A DNA stretch of 64,000 nt from an uncultured Pseudomonadota bacterium (GTDB lineage Bacteria; Babelota; Babeliae; Babelales; CAIQNR01), in the NCBI GenBank assembly GCA_964604015.1, contig CAZRXF010000006.1, positions 16,487 to 80,486 on the forward strand, in the 5' to 3' direction. Position numbers and translations under genes: made by a program. The stretch's first letter is position 1, and every line of letters starts with the position of its first letter. The notes beneath the pieces were generated by a model, which ran no database searches, was not told the DNA's origin, and worked only from the letters and a program-made list of their open reading frames with translations. Shown in pieces: positions 1 through 9,684 of the stretch.

Positions 1-3
1 TTA

Positions 4-1800
4 ATGTCCAAAGAGGTCATACGTCCCAGCCAGTTTGGGAAAGTTGATGTCGTAGAGCTTGAAGAGCTTGATACAGCCCTCAATGATGAGCAGTTAGAAG
101 AACTTTCTAATCTGTTCGAAGGCTTTTTTTCTGTAAATAAGCCTGGAAAAATCGTTGAAGGTAAAGTCATTGACGTCAACAACGACGGTATCCGTGTTGA
201 TATCGGATACAAATCAGAAAGCTTGATCCCTCGCTACGAGTTCTCTCAATTTGAACTCAAAAAGTACAAGGTCGGCGATCAAATCGAAGTTATTCTCGAT
301 CAACTTGAAAGCCCTGAAGGGGAGCTCGTTCTTTCCTATGAAAAGGCAAAAGCTCTCAAGGCATGGGATACCATCCTCAAGTACTTCGAAAAAGGTGAAG
401 CTATCGAAGGCGCGGTAACTCACAAAGTTAAGGGCGGTTTGTCTGTTGATATTGGTATTCCTGCATTCTTGCCAGGATCTCAAGTTGATATTCAACGCGT
501 TACCAATTTTGACCAATACGTAGGTCAAACCATCACGGCAAATATTATTAAAATTAATAAAAAACGAGGGAATGTGATTATTTCTCGTCGCAAATTCCTC
601 GGTGACCAACGCACTGAAGTACGTAAGAAGATTCTTGATACGGTCAGCGAAGGTCAAATTATCCAAGGTCAAGTAAAGAACATTACCAACTACGGTGTCT
701 TCATTGACATAGGCGGCGTTGACGGCCTCTTGCACATCACCGATATGACCTGGGGTAGAATCTCTCATCCAAGCGAAATCGTGAAAATTGGCGATAACAT
801 TAACGTCAAAGTTCTTTCATTTGATAAAGATAATGAAAAGATTTCTCTCGGCCTTAAACAACTTTCTGATAACCCATGGGAATCTATGGACAAGTCAATT
901 GTTCCTGGAAGCCGTGTTAAGGGCAGAATTTCAAACATCACCGAATACGGGCTGTTTGTTGAAGTTGAAAAAGGTGTTGAAGGGCTCATCCACATTTCTG
1001 AAATTTCATGGGTTGACCGCATTACCGATCTGAAACGTCACTTTAAAGTAGGCGATGAGATCGAAGCGCTCGTTATTTCCTTGGATAAAGAAAATCGCCG
1101 TATGTCCTTGAGTATCAAGCAACTTGAAAAGAACCCTTGGGAAACAGTTGCTGCTGAATTCAAAGTTGGCGAAAAGATCAAAGGTACCATCAGCAACATT
1201 ACTGACTTTGGTATCTTCGTACTCTTAAAGCCAGGCATCGACGGATTGGTTCACGTTTCAGATCTTTCATGGACTGAACACATCGAACACCCAGGTGACA
1301 TGTTCAAACGTGGTGATGAAATCGAAGCGGTCGTGCTTTCTGTTGATACAGAAAACAAGAAAATTTCCCTTGGTATTAAGCAATTAGCACAAAATCCATG
1401 GGAAAATATCGATACCACCTACCGCGTTGGCGACATCATCAAGGGTACCATTTCACGCATCACCAACTTCGGTCTTTTTGTAAAGCTTGAAACTGGTATT
1501 GAAGGGCTCGTGCATATTTCTGAATTGAGCGATCTCAAGAAAGATGACGCGAAGATTGAAGACCTCTTCAAAGTTGGCGAAAAACGTGATTTCCGCGTGA
1601 TCAAAGTAAGCAAAGACGAACATAAGCTCGGCTTGACTACTCGCTTAAGCGGTGACTTACCTCGCGAACGAGAAGAAAAACGCCAACCACGTGCTCCTCG
1701 AGAAGAGTTTGCTGATCACTCATCTGCGGTAAAACCAAAGAGTGCGTTCCAACTTGAACTTGAAAGAGCATCTGCTCGTCAGAAAAAAGACAACAAGTAG
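4..1800 (+). CDS. rpsA: 30S ribosomal protein S1
   Basis: 598-aa ORF with six tandem S1/OB repeats (GKVIDVNNDGIRVDIG, GQVKNITNYGVFIDIGGVDGLLHITDM, GRISNITEYGLFVEVEKGVEGLIHISEI, GTISNITDFGIFVLL..GIDGLVHVSDL, GTISRITNFGLFVKLETGIEGLVHISEL) and a charged C-terminal tail. Confidence 0.97.
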   Translation: MSKEVIRPSQFGKVDVVELEELDTALNDEQLEELSNLFEGFFSVNKPGKIVEGKVIDVNNDGIRVDIGYKSESLIPRYEFSQFELKKYKVGDQIEVILDQLESPEGELVLSYEKAKALKAWDTILKYFEKGEAIEGAVTHKVKGGLSVDIGIPAFLPGSQVDIQRVTNFDQYVGQTITANIIKINKKRGNVIISRRKFLGDQRTEVRKKILDTVSEGQIIQGQVKNITNYGVFIDIGGVDGLLHITDMTWGRISHPSEIVKIGDNINVKVLSFDKDNEKISLGLKQLSDNPWESMDKSIVPGSRVKGRISNITEYGLFVEVEKGVEGLIHISEISWVDRITDLKRHFKVGDEIEALVISLDKENRRMSLSIKQLEKNPWETVAAEFKVGEKIKGTISNITDFGIFVLLKPGIDGLVHVSDLSWTEHIEHPGDMFKRGDEIEAVVLSVDTENKKISLGIKQLAQNPWENIDTTYRVGDIIKGTISRITNFGLFVKLETGIEGLVHISELSDLKKDDAKIEDLFKVGEKRDFRVIKVSKDEHKLGLTTRLSGDLPREREEKRQPRAPREEFADHSSAVKPKSAFQLELERASARQKKDNK

Positions 1801-1808
1801 GAGTCACC

Positions 1809-2228
1809 ATGACAGAAAGAACACTTGCCATTATCAAGCCTGATATCACCAAAGCTGGCCGTGAGTTTGAAGTAATTCAAGCAATCACCGATCGTGGATT
1901 CAAAATCGTCCGTTGTGAACAGAAGAACCTCACAGCTCATGAAGCTGAAGAGTTCTATGCTGAACACAAAGGTCGTCCTTTCCTTCCTGAACTGGTTGAA
2001 TTTATGACCTCCGGTCCTGTTATTGTTATGGTTCTTGAAAAAGACAATGCAATTGCAGGCTGGCGTGAACTGATGGGTGCAACTGACCCTGCACAAGCAG
2101 CAGAAGGCACCATCCGCAAACGCTTTGGCACCAGTAAAGGAACGAATGCTACTCACGGTTCTGACTCGCTTGCGAGCGCAACCCGTGAAATAGACTTCTT
2201 CTTTCCTATTCGTGGCTGCTGCAGCTAA
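1809..2228 (+). CDS. ndk: nucleoside diphosphate kinase
   Basis: 139-aa ORF with TLAIIKPD, GPVIVMVLE, WRELMGATDP and the active-site NATHGSD motif. Starts 9 nt after the rpsA stop. Confidence 0.95.
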   Translation: MTERTLAIIKPDITKAGREFEVIQAITDRGFKIVRCEQKNLTAHEAEEFYAEHKGRPFLPELVEFMTSGPVIVMVLEKDNAIAGWRELMGATDPAQAAEGTIRKRFGTSKGTNATHGSDSLASATREIDFFFPIRGCCS

Positions 2229-2260
2229 GCATTAGAAATTGAACGAGAGAGGGATAGTGC

Positions 2261-3106
2261 ATGCTTTTTACATCTTGTCGAACAACAACAGTACGTCTCT
2301 CTCTCGTTTTTCTTTGTGCGTTTTTATCACACACAACCTTCTCCAAAATTGTACCGAAAACTGAACATTGGATTATCATCCATGGAACGTTTGCCCGCTC
2401 AATCCCTTTTATCAAATGGTGGAAAAAAGGTGGCGACGGCTATCAAGCACTTTCTCAAGCGCTTTCTCACAAAAAAGAATCTATTGTCATCCACGCTTTT
2501 GGATGGACAGGACATAACAACCATCAGGCCCGTAAAGATGCCGCTCGCCAATTAGTCAAACTTGCCCAGACTTACCTCACTGATAGTTCACATTCATTGC
2601 ACATCGTTGCTCACAGTCATGGCGGAACGGTCGCACTTCTTGCTGCTCAAATGCTTGCAGAACAAAAAAGTCATCTTAAAATTGCTCAGCTTTTTAACCT
2701 AGGAACACCCGTTCATGCCCAGTGGTACCCACAAGCTTTCTCAATCATTCAAACAACGTACCATCTCTTTTCCTACGGTGACATGGTGCAACCGGTTATC
2801 ACGATGTTTGAACGAACTCTGCCTGCTGCTCAGCATATTTATAATCTGCAAGTCAAAAAAGATTATGGCTGCCCCTGGCATGAGACCTTACGTAGCGCCG
2901 AACTGATTTCACAGCTTCCTACCTTGTCAGCTTTAATTACTGAACCTGGCGAATACTGCTTGCACCTTGATACCAAAAGTAAAACCAGTCCTTTTTTTAC
3001 GATCAGCAAAGATCTCACTCGTGCGCAGGATCTTGAAATTGACCATGCAGCTATCAAACAAATTCTTACGCTCTATGCTGAGTCGCGAAAACGATCAACC
3101 CTATGA
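2261..3106 (+). CDS. secreted alpha/beta-hydrolase (lipase/esterase-like), family unassigned
   Basis: 281-aa ORF with a hydrophobic N-terminus, an IIIHGTF oxyanion-type motif and a nucleophile elbow IVAHSHGG (GxSxG variant). Its stop forms an ATGA overlap with murI. Confidence 0.6.
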   Translation: MLFTSCRTTTVRLSLVFLCAFLSHTTFSKIVPKTEHWIIIHGTFARSIPFIKWWKKGGDGYQALSQALSHKKESIVIHAFGWTGHNNHQARKDAARQLVKLAQTYLTDSSHSLHIVAHSHGGTVALLAAQMLAEQKSHLKIAQLFNLGTPVHAQWYPQAFSIIQTTYHLFSYGDMVQPVITMFERTLPAAQHIYNLQVKKDYGCPWHETLRSAELISQLPTLSALITEPGEYCLHLDTKSKTSPFFTISKDLTRAQDLEIDHAAIKQILTLYAESRKRSTL

Positions 3107-3885
3107 GCCTCATGCTCCCTTCCAAGATAGGAATGATGGATTCTGGAGTCGGAGGTTTTTCTGTTCTTAACGCACTACTCCCTGTTCTTCCTCCAGAAGT
3201 GATCTATGTTGCAGATGCAGCTCATCTTCCCTACGGAGAAAAAAGTGTTGAATTCTTGCTCAAGCGCGCAACTGCCATCACACATTTTTTTGAAAAAGAA
3301 GGCATTACCACAATCTTTGTGGCCTGCCATACGCTGAGTGCCACCGTAATCCCCACACTGCAAAAACAGTTCCCGCATATCACGTACATTGACCTACTTC
3401 CGTTGACCGTGCAACGGGCACTTACCTGCACTAAAAATAATCGTATCGGTATCATGGCTACACCAGCCACCATAGCAAGCCATGTACATCAGCGCTTAAT
3501 TGAAGCTCTCTCATCCTCAACAGTAACCGCTATCGAGCAAGCGTGCCCTGATTTTGTTCCCCTTATCGAAAGAAAAGCATCTCCTGCTGAATGCATGCCT
3601 GCAATTACTGCGTACCTCACCCCTCTGCTTGCTGCATCGGTCGATACCATCATTTTGGGTTGCACACACTATCCTTTTTTGCAAAATTTATTGCAAGAAC
3701 AGGCTCCACAGGTCACCTTTGTCAGTGCAGCTAACGCATTGCCTCCATTTGAAAAAGCAAAAGACACTCCGTCTATTCACTTTGTAACCACAGCTCCGGT
3801 TTCCTATCTTGAACAAGCTGTCGATCATTTCTTACGCAAAGATCACGAATACACCCTTACATTTACGTCAAATCAAGACCTTTGA
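3103..3885 (+). CDS. murI: glutamate racemase
   Basis: 260-aa ORF with IGMMDSGVGGFSV and both catalytic-Cys motifs (FVACHTLS and ILGCTHYPF). Confidence 0.9.
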   Translation: MSLMLPSKIGMMDSGVGGFSVLNALLPVLPPEVIYVADAAHLPYGEKSVEFLLKRATAITHFFEKEGITTIFVACHTLSATVIPTLQKQFPHITYIDLLPLTVQRALTCTKNNRIGIMATPATIASHVHQRLIEALSSSTVTAIEQACPDFVPLIERKASPAECMPAITAYLTPLLAASVDTIILGCTHYPFLQNLLQEQAPQVTFVSAANALPPFEKAKDTPSIHFVTTAPVSYLEQAVDHFLRKDHEYTLTFTSNQDL

Positions 3886-3898
3886 TCACAAAAACTAA

Positions 3899-3928
3899 GT
3901 GGGAGCAGTTACTGGTAACTGCTCCCAC
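3899..3928 (-). terminator. intrinsic terminator hairpin between the convergent murI and the 1037-aa gene
   Basis: Perfect 14-bp inverted repeat gtgggagcagttac/gtaactgctcccac with a 2-nt spacer. On the minus strand it is followed by ttagttttt. Confidence 0.7.
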
Positions 3929-3958
3929 AAATTTACATCACAATAAAAACTTTCGCTG

Positions 3959-6900
3959 CTACTGCAGTACAAGAAGCCCGTTTGATGTACTCATCATCAG
4001 ACAACCCGTATCCCCAATCAAACTCATCCAATAAAACTGATCCGCTTCCGCCACTACTGCCTCTTGCATTGGAGGCTTTCCGCTTGTTCCAACGTTGTAG
4101 TTGTAGAGGTTATAGGGCAGAACGACAACCTGATATTTTCTGTCATTGTCTGGATTTTTCTGTACAAAATAGCGCCGTATACCATCATCGTAAAAACAAC
4201 GAGCAAGGACAGGGAAATTCTTATAAGAAGTAGCAGTTGTCGGCACAAACGACATGGTCCCGTTATAGTTAGGGGTCGGCAATTTTGCATACGTAATAGC
4301 GTTTGTCAGGGTTGGAGCAGCAGTTAAAAAGCCCTGCCGTAACATCTGATAGGATGTATTGTTGTTGTAGACTGCGCCCAATGCTGGGTTAGAAACAAAA
4401 TTTGAGAACCAGAACGTTTGCGGATCCCGTGTATAAGCAGGAACTTGAATATAATCAGTAAAGAACATACGCGTAATGACTGGTGAAGTACTGTCTATCA
4501 CCTGCCATCCAGCACTTGTTTGGTTCAGATTTCCCGAATTTGCAGCCTGCATGCCAATGCTTGATGAACTTGTATAAATACCATCACTGGTGAGTAACAA
4601 CAGCTGTTCATAGCCGGTTGCCGGGGTTGCTCCTGCAACAGCGGGTGTTGCCGATACGGATACTACAAAATCATAGATCTGACGCGCAGTTGCGAGATTA
4701 TCCGTGGCAGAAACTGCTGTTACCACAAATCCATTAACCACACCTGACCCGGTAGCCTGAGCCGCAGCACTATAAAGACGATCAACTGTTCCGGTTCGTG
4801 CCAGAACATGAAGCCCACCACCCATGCTTTGAATTTTAACTGGCATACCGGTGACACTCGTAACCAAATTCCACTTACCCGTTCCCGGAGCGCCTGCAGA
4901 TGTGACCAGGCCTAGATCCACCATGGCTCCTGCACCAGAACCACCAACGGCGGCTGAAGCTCCGAGCGTGACTGGATTAAATCCAGCCCCCGCCAACGTT
5001 CCTGAGGGAGTATAGATATAGAGTCCCGGAGCCACGGTTGCAGTACCGGCACATCCAGCAAAGAAAAATCCTGTCGTTGCACCAGTTGTAGTATTTGGAT
5101 CCCATCCAGACCACCCAAGGCTCACCACAGCACCAGCCCCTGCAGGAAGCGATGACGTGTAGAACGTTGCAGTATTGGTAAAATCATACAAAGTATCTGC
5201 AAACGAATTATTAATGGTTGTGTACGTACCATTGGCCGTAATTGCTGTAATGCCTCTTGATCCTGTGATGGCAAAACATACTTTTTCTTCCCCTCCAAAA
5301 AGGGTCATCCGCATAGGTGTTGCAGAGCCCCACCCGGTCGTTGATGCATTTAAATCAAGAACAGAGTAACAAGTATCATTCAAAGCGTTGTTCACCGCTG
5401 ATGCAAGGTACGGCAAACTGTTAGGAGTAGCAGTTGTTGGTTTTGACCATTGGGTCAGATTCACCTTTAAACTCACTGAGTTATAGGTAGCAATGTACCC
5501 GGTGTACCCATCAATCGCTGCAAAATCCACACGCGGGTCACTGCCATCAGAGGCAACACCATTGCCCGACTGTCCGCCCATATCGTTTGGCGCAGCTTTT
5601 TGCCAATCGGTCCAGTGATCAATTTGGCCCAGCTCATTAAAGACTGCCTGGGACATCCAAAATCCCGGTTCATTGATACTGCTTGCAGGATTTGACCCTC
5701 CCGTTGCGGCATAGACCGTATCACCATCACAGGAAATCAGATTCAGGAAATTTGGTGCAGGTTGCCCGTTAAGTAGACTATTGGTTACTGGAAGAATCCC
5801 TGTTCCTCCGACCAGAGCTGCTGGAGATGCCGTGGTGATCAGGTCCCCTGCAACTGTAGCAATAAGAGTACGGTCTCCTGAATGAACATTGGCAAAGCAA
5901 CCAACATTCGGATTTACATTCGGATCACCATTAACCAATGGTATTGCATAGATCTGATTAGCAACAGCCTGCTGCGCGTTCGCCACCGTATCAGAAGCAA
6001 TGACAGCTCCGCTTATAATTAAATACCCCATTCCCGTTGACGTATGCATAACCGCTATATCACCTGCTGCTGACACTGTTGTTGCACCATTTTGCGAATA
6101 TCCAATAATGCTATTTGCTACGGTCACCGGAGCTGTACTTGCACACGGGGCAAGTTGATTTCCCACAGTAACAGTTTGTCCACTCGTACTAAATGGATAA
6201 ATCCCAACACCATATAAGCCATTTGTCCTTCCCACGTTAGCCGCAACTGTCCCCTCTACTGTCACGTAAAATCGTTGAAAGGGAGCATCAACATGGAAAT
6301 GTGTCGCACCAACACTCGTGAGAGGAGTGGCTCCATCGCTAATAAGAAACGAACCTGTCGCGGTTAGATCAAATGCAGTAGCAACATTAGTTGCCCCATT
6401 TGCCCCTACATAGTTCCACACCGGAACGCCTGCACTTGTTTGTGTAATGTATGCAGCGCTAATGCCATCCGTTTTCACCCCCGTAGTTCCAGCAACTCCA
6501 GCTCCAAAAGGAGTTGCCAACGTACCTCCCTGAACTTTAAGCGGAACAATGGTCACATTTGCTGCGCTTGGGGTAACATCATAGGCACAGTGAGCGTATA
6601 CCAATGCACCATTTGGATTTCCTGCAGGATCATTAAAGACGGGACTTTGTACCGCTGCCGTGTGAGTTTTTGTAATGGCTTGTAAGACCGTAGCATTGTT
6701 AACCAAAGCAACAATAGTTGGAGCATCAAGATCTGACGAGTTTTGTACGGGAGACAACGCACGAATATACTGATCGGTTAGCGCAGGATCTGTTGCTAGG
6801 GGGATTAAAGAATGATCCGTCGAGCGCAATGACCCGTAGCACACTGCATAAGTTCCATTATTGGGAAACAACCCTAGATACGCCTCAGAAAGTGGAAAAT

Positions 6901-7072
6901 AGGTATGGCCCGTGTTTATGCCATTATTTCCCAGAGAGAAGGTTGTCCCATTGGCTGTCCCCGGATAGGTACCATTCCCCGCAATCGTCACATAAGCAGC
7001 TGCCTGCTGCGAAATACACAATAGCCCTACTACCATTCCAAGTGCTGTAATTTTGTTCAGCAGTCCTTTCAT
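3959..7072 (-). CDS. very large secreted G/T/A/N/S-rich protein, candidate major surface (S-layer/adhesin-like) protein
   Basis: 1037-aa ORF with a signal peptide (MKGLLNKITALGMVVGLLCISQQAAA|YV). Composition is strongly biased with few charged residues and no recognisable catalytic motif. It is monocistronic, with its own terminator and a 135-bp upstream region. Confidence 0.8.
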   Translation of the reverse strand: MKGLLNKITALGMVVGLLCISQQAAAYVTIAGNGTYPGTANGTTFSLGNNGINTGHTYFPLSEAYLGLFPNNGTYAVCYGSLRSTDHSLIPLATDPALTDQYIRALSPVQNSSDLDAPTIVALVNNATVLQAITKTHTAAVQSPVFNDPAGNPNGALVYAHCAYDVTPSAANVTIVPLKVQGGTLATPFGAGVAGTTGVKTDGISAAYITQTSAGVPVWNYVGANGATNVATAFDLTATGSFLISDGATPLTSVGATHFHVDAPFQRFYVTVEGTVAANVGRTNGLYGVGIYPFSTSGQTVTVGNQLAPCASTAPVTVANSIIGYSQNGATTVSAAGDIAVMHTSTGMGYLIISGAVIASDTVANAQQAVANQIYAIPLVNGDPNVNPNVGCFANVHSGDRTLIATVAGDLITTASPAALVGGTGILPVTNSLLNGQPAPNFLNLISCDGDTVYAATGGSNPASSINEPGFWMSQAVFNELGQIDHWTDWQKAAPNDMGGQSGNGVASDGSDPRVDFAAIDGYTGYIATYNSVSLKVNLTQWSKPTTATPNSLPYLASAVNNALNDTCYSVLDLNASTTGWGSATPMRMTLFGGEEKVCFAITGSRGITAITANGTYTTINNSFADTLYDFTNTATFYTSSLPAGAGAVVSLGWSGWDPNTTTGATTGFFFAGCAGTATVAPGLYIYTPSGTLAGAGFNPVTLGASAAVGGSGAGAMVDLGLVTSAGAPGTGKWNLVTSVTGMPVKIQSMGGGLHVLARTGTVDRLYSAAAQATGSGVVNGFVVTAVSATDNLATARQIYDFVVSVSATPAVAGATPATGYEQLLLLTSDGIYTSSSSIGMQAANSGNLNQTSAGWQVIDSTSPVITRMFFTDYIQVPAYTRDPQTFWFSNFVSNPALGAVYNNNTSYQMLRQGFLTAAPTLTNAITYAKLPTPNYNGTMSFVPTTATSYKNFPVLARCFYDDGIRRYFVQKNPDNDRKYQVVVLPYNLYNYNVGTSGKPPMQEAVVAEADQFYWMSLIGDTGCLMMSTSNGLLVLQ

Positions 7073-7146
7073 ACGAAACCCCTTTTTTGGTTGTATCTTT
7101 ATTTTTCAGGTCGTAAGCGCCTTCTCATAATAGGTCTACCATTTTT

Positions 7147-7180
7147 ACAAAAACAAACAAAAAACCGGCAGGACGCCGGC
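7147..7180 (-). terminator. intrinsic terminator after nusB
   Basis: On the minus strand, ccggc-gtcct-gccgg is followed by ttttttgtttgttttt. Confidence 0.65.
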
Positions 7181-7207
7181 TTTTAATTTTGGAACAACTT
7201 TTGATGC

Positions 7208-7690
7208 TTACTGAATAGACGAAAGGTCTTTGTAGTCGTATTTCTTGTGCTTTTCCATGTTCTTAGCAACCTCGTCTAAGATCCCATTGATGAACTTGTA
7301 AGCATCTTTTTCTGAATAACTTTTAGCAAGTTCAATCGCCTCGTTGATGATGATCGTAGCAGCTATTTCCGTATTGATAAGTTCCCACAAGGCAAGACGC
7401 AACACGAGACGTGTGCACGTACCAAGACGCTCAAGGCGCCAATTTGCAAGAAGCGGTTTGACCGTTTCATCAAGCACTTCCCGCTCATTGATGATAGCAC
7501 GCGCAATGGTTGCCACCTCCCCATCAAGAGGAATTTGCATATCATACGCACGATTGAAATTCTCGATGACCGATTCAAGAGAAACGGTGTACTCAAACGA
7601 TTCCATCGCATACAGAATCTGAATGATCAATGATCGAAAATCGCGCCGTGTTGTTGCTAAAAGAGGTGTAGTCCCCGTCGTCTCTTCCAT
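7208..7690 (-). CDS. nusB: transcription antitermination factor NusB
   Basis: NusB-like helices (RRDFRSLIIQILYAMES, LERLGTCTRLVLRLALWEL, IINEAIELAKSYS). The ORF track opens at 7774 inside efp; the ATG at 7690 is preceded by GGGAAG and avoids that overlap. Confidence 0.88.
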   Translation of the reverse strand: MEETTGTTPLLATTRRDFRSLIIQILYAMESFEYTVSLESVIENFNRAYDMQIPLDGEVATIARAIINEREVLDETVKPLLANWRLERLGTCTRLVLRLALWELINTEIAATIIINEAIELAKSYSEKDAYKFINGILDEVAKNMEKHKKYDYKDLSSIQ

Positions 7691-7709
7691 GCTTCCCTGC
7701 CCGTTCCTG

Positions 7710-8270
7710 TTAAACGCGTTCAATGTATGAATTGTCGCGCGTATCAACTTTGATCTTCTCGCCTTCGTTAACAAACAAAGGAACTTGAATGGTTACCCCT
7801 GTTTCCAACTTAGCTGGCTTTGTTGCACCACCTTGTGCTGTATCGCCACGAACACCAGGGGGCGTTTCTGTAACCTGAAGAATCATGAATAACGGAGGGG
7901 TAACACCGATCGGACGTTCTCTGAAATAGAGCATTTCGTACGCTTCTTGTTCCTTGAGGTACCCGAGCACGTCTTCAAGAACATCTTTGTTCAGAGCAAC
8001 TTGATCGTAACTTTCCTGGTCCATAAAGTTATACAGGTCACCATCTGAATAGAGGTACTGCATTGACCGACGTTCAAGCTGGGGATTTTCGAATTTTTGT
8101 TCAGAACGGAAGTTTTCTTCAAAGCTCGAACCGGTAATTAGATTTTTAAGCTTAGCGCGAACAAGAGCACCACCACGCCCCATTTTATTGTGCTGGAAAT
8201 CGAGCACCACATGTGGTTCATCGCGCAGCAAAATCTTTGTACCTTTGCGAAAATCGGTAGCTGATATCAT
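7710..8270 (-). CDS. efp: elongation factor P
   Basis: 186-aa ORF with the N-terminal KOW-like region FRKGTKILLRDEPHVVLDFQHNKMGRGGALVRAKLKNL, followed by two OB domains. Confidence 0.95.
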   Translation of the reverse strand: MISATDFRKGTKILLRDEPHVVLDFQHNKMGRGGALVRAKLKNLITGSSFEENFRSEQKFENPQLERRSMQYLYSDGDLYNFMDQESYDQVALNKDVLEDVLGYLKEQEAYEMLYFRERPIGVTPPLFMILQVTETPPGVRGDTAQGGATKPAKLETGVTIQVPLFVNEGEKIKVDTRDNSYIERV

Positions 8271-8427
8271 CGGGTCTCCTTATAACTTAAATTTATTGAG
8301 CAAAAAGACGTACCAATCAGTATAAAACGCCTGCCATAAAAAGCAATTACGCTGCCCCGTCTTTCACAAAATGCCCAAAAGCGCTAGCCTACAAAGGCCT
8401 AAACAGCCCCTAAAGAAAGAAGCGTCC

Positions 8428-9681
8428 ATGGACATGAAATTTTTAAAAAACATAGACCCAACCGTTGCAACCATTATCGATCACGAAGCAGAACGTCTTG
8501 AGAAAACGATTAATCTTATCGCCTCAGAAAATTACACGTGGCCTGCAGTCATGGAAGCAAGCGGCTCGGTACTCACCAACAAATACGCTGAAGGATATCC
8601 CGGTAGACGCTACTACGGCGGCTGCACGTATGTTGATGAAGTGGAAGATGTTGCCCGTCAGCGCTGCGCTCAACTGTTTGGAGCTGAACATGTGAACGTA
8701 CAACCACATGCAGGTTCGCAAGCAAACATGGCAGTCTACTTTGCTGCACTCAAACCAGGCGATACGATCCTTGGGATGAACTTAGCAGCAGGTGGACACT
8801 TAACCCATGGCTATCCGATTAATTTTTCAGGCACCTTTTACAAGTACGTGAACTACGGCGTGAACCGAGACACTGAAGCACTTGATTACGATGAAATTCA
8901 GAAACTTGCAGTTGAACATCGCCCCAAGATCATTGTGTGTGGCGCTTCTGCCTATTCACAAATTATCGATTTTGAAAAATTTGCTGCCATTGCACGATCT
9001 ATCGATGCATTCTTACTTGCTGATATTGCCCACATTGCAGGGCCTATCGCCGCAGGTTTGCACCCTTCACCAATTGCACATGCCGATTTTGTCAGCAGCA
9101 CCACACACAAAACATTACGCGGTCCTCGCGGTGGCTTGGTGATGTGTAAAGAACCCTATGCCCAACAACTTGATAAAGCAGTCATGCCGGGGCTTCAGGG
9201 CGGTCCTTTGATGCAACAGATCGGAGCAAAAGCGGTTGGATTTCTGTATGCACTCCAACCAGAATTTAAAACGTATCAAAAACAGATTCTTGAAAATGCC
9301 CAAACCATGGCCGAAGCATTCACCGACCTTGGCTACCGCATTGTTTCAGGTTCAACAAAAAATCATTTGATGGTGATTGATCTACGTGCACAAAACATTA
9401 CCGGCAAAGAAGCGGAAGAACTCCTAGGAAGCATCGGCATAACGCTCAACCGCAACTGCATTCCGTTTGACCCGCAAAAACCATTGATCACCAGCGGTAT
9501 CAGAATAGGGACACCCGCCATCACTACCCGTGGTTTTAAAAAACAAGAAGCGCAAGAAGTCGTCCATATCATTCATGAAGCATTACACAAGAGGACTGAT
9601 CTTCACGCGCTTAACGTTTTGGCAGAGCGGGTACAACAACTGTGTGCTGCGCACCCGATCTATGCACAAGGTACTTATTAA
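8428..9681 (+). CDS. glyA: serine hydroxymethyltransferase
   Basis: LIASENY, GYPGRRYYGG and the PLP-lysine motif SSTTHKTLRGPRGG. The ORF opens at 8371, but the ATG at 8428 (MDMKFLKNIDP) matches normal SHMT N-termini and follows a purine-rich AAAGAAAGAAG. Confidence 0.93.
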   Translation: MDMKFLKNIDPTVATIIDHEAERLEKTINLIASENYTWPAVMEASGSVLTNKYAEGYPGRRYYGGCTYVDEVEDVARQRCAQLFGAEHVNVQPHAGSQANMAVYFAALKPGDTILGMNLAAGGHLTHGYPINFSGTFYKYVNYGVNRDTEALDYDEIQKLAVEHRPKIIVCGASAYSQIIDFEKFAAIARSIDAFLLADIAHIAGPIAAGLHPSPIAHADFVSSTTHKTLRGPRGGLVMCKEPYAQQLDKAVMPGLQGGPLMQQIGAKAVGFLYALQPEFKTYQKQILENAQTMAEAFTDLGYRIVSGSTKNHLMVIDLRAQNITGKEAEELLGSIGITLNRNCIPFDPQKPLITSGIRIGTPAITTRGFKKQEAQEVVHIIHEALHKRTDLHALNVLAERVQQLCAAHPIYAQGTY

Positions 9682-9684
9682 GAA

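Noticed and set aside
214-768. A 184-aa antisense ORF inside rpsA. Similar long shadow ORFs include 13699..14367(+), 35684..36073(+), 38233..38469(-), 54349..54863(+), 55142..55507(+) and 49456..49905(-).
   Set aside because: All lie antisense or out of frame within strongly supported genes. They have low-complexity or biased composition that mirrors the sense strand (for example, poly-Gly opposite the Pro-rich tract) and have no SD.
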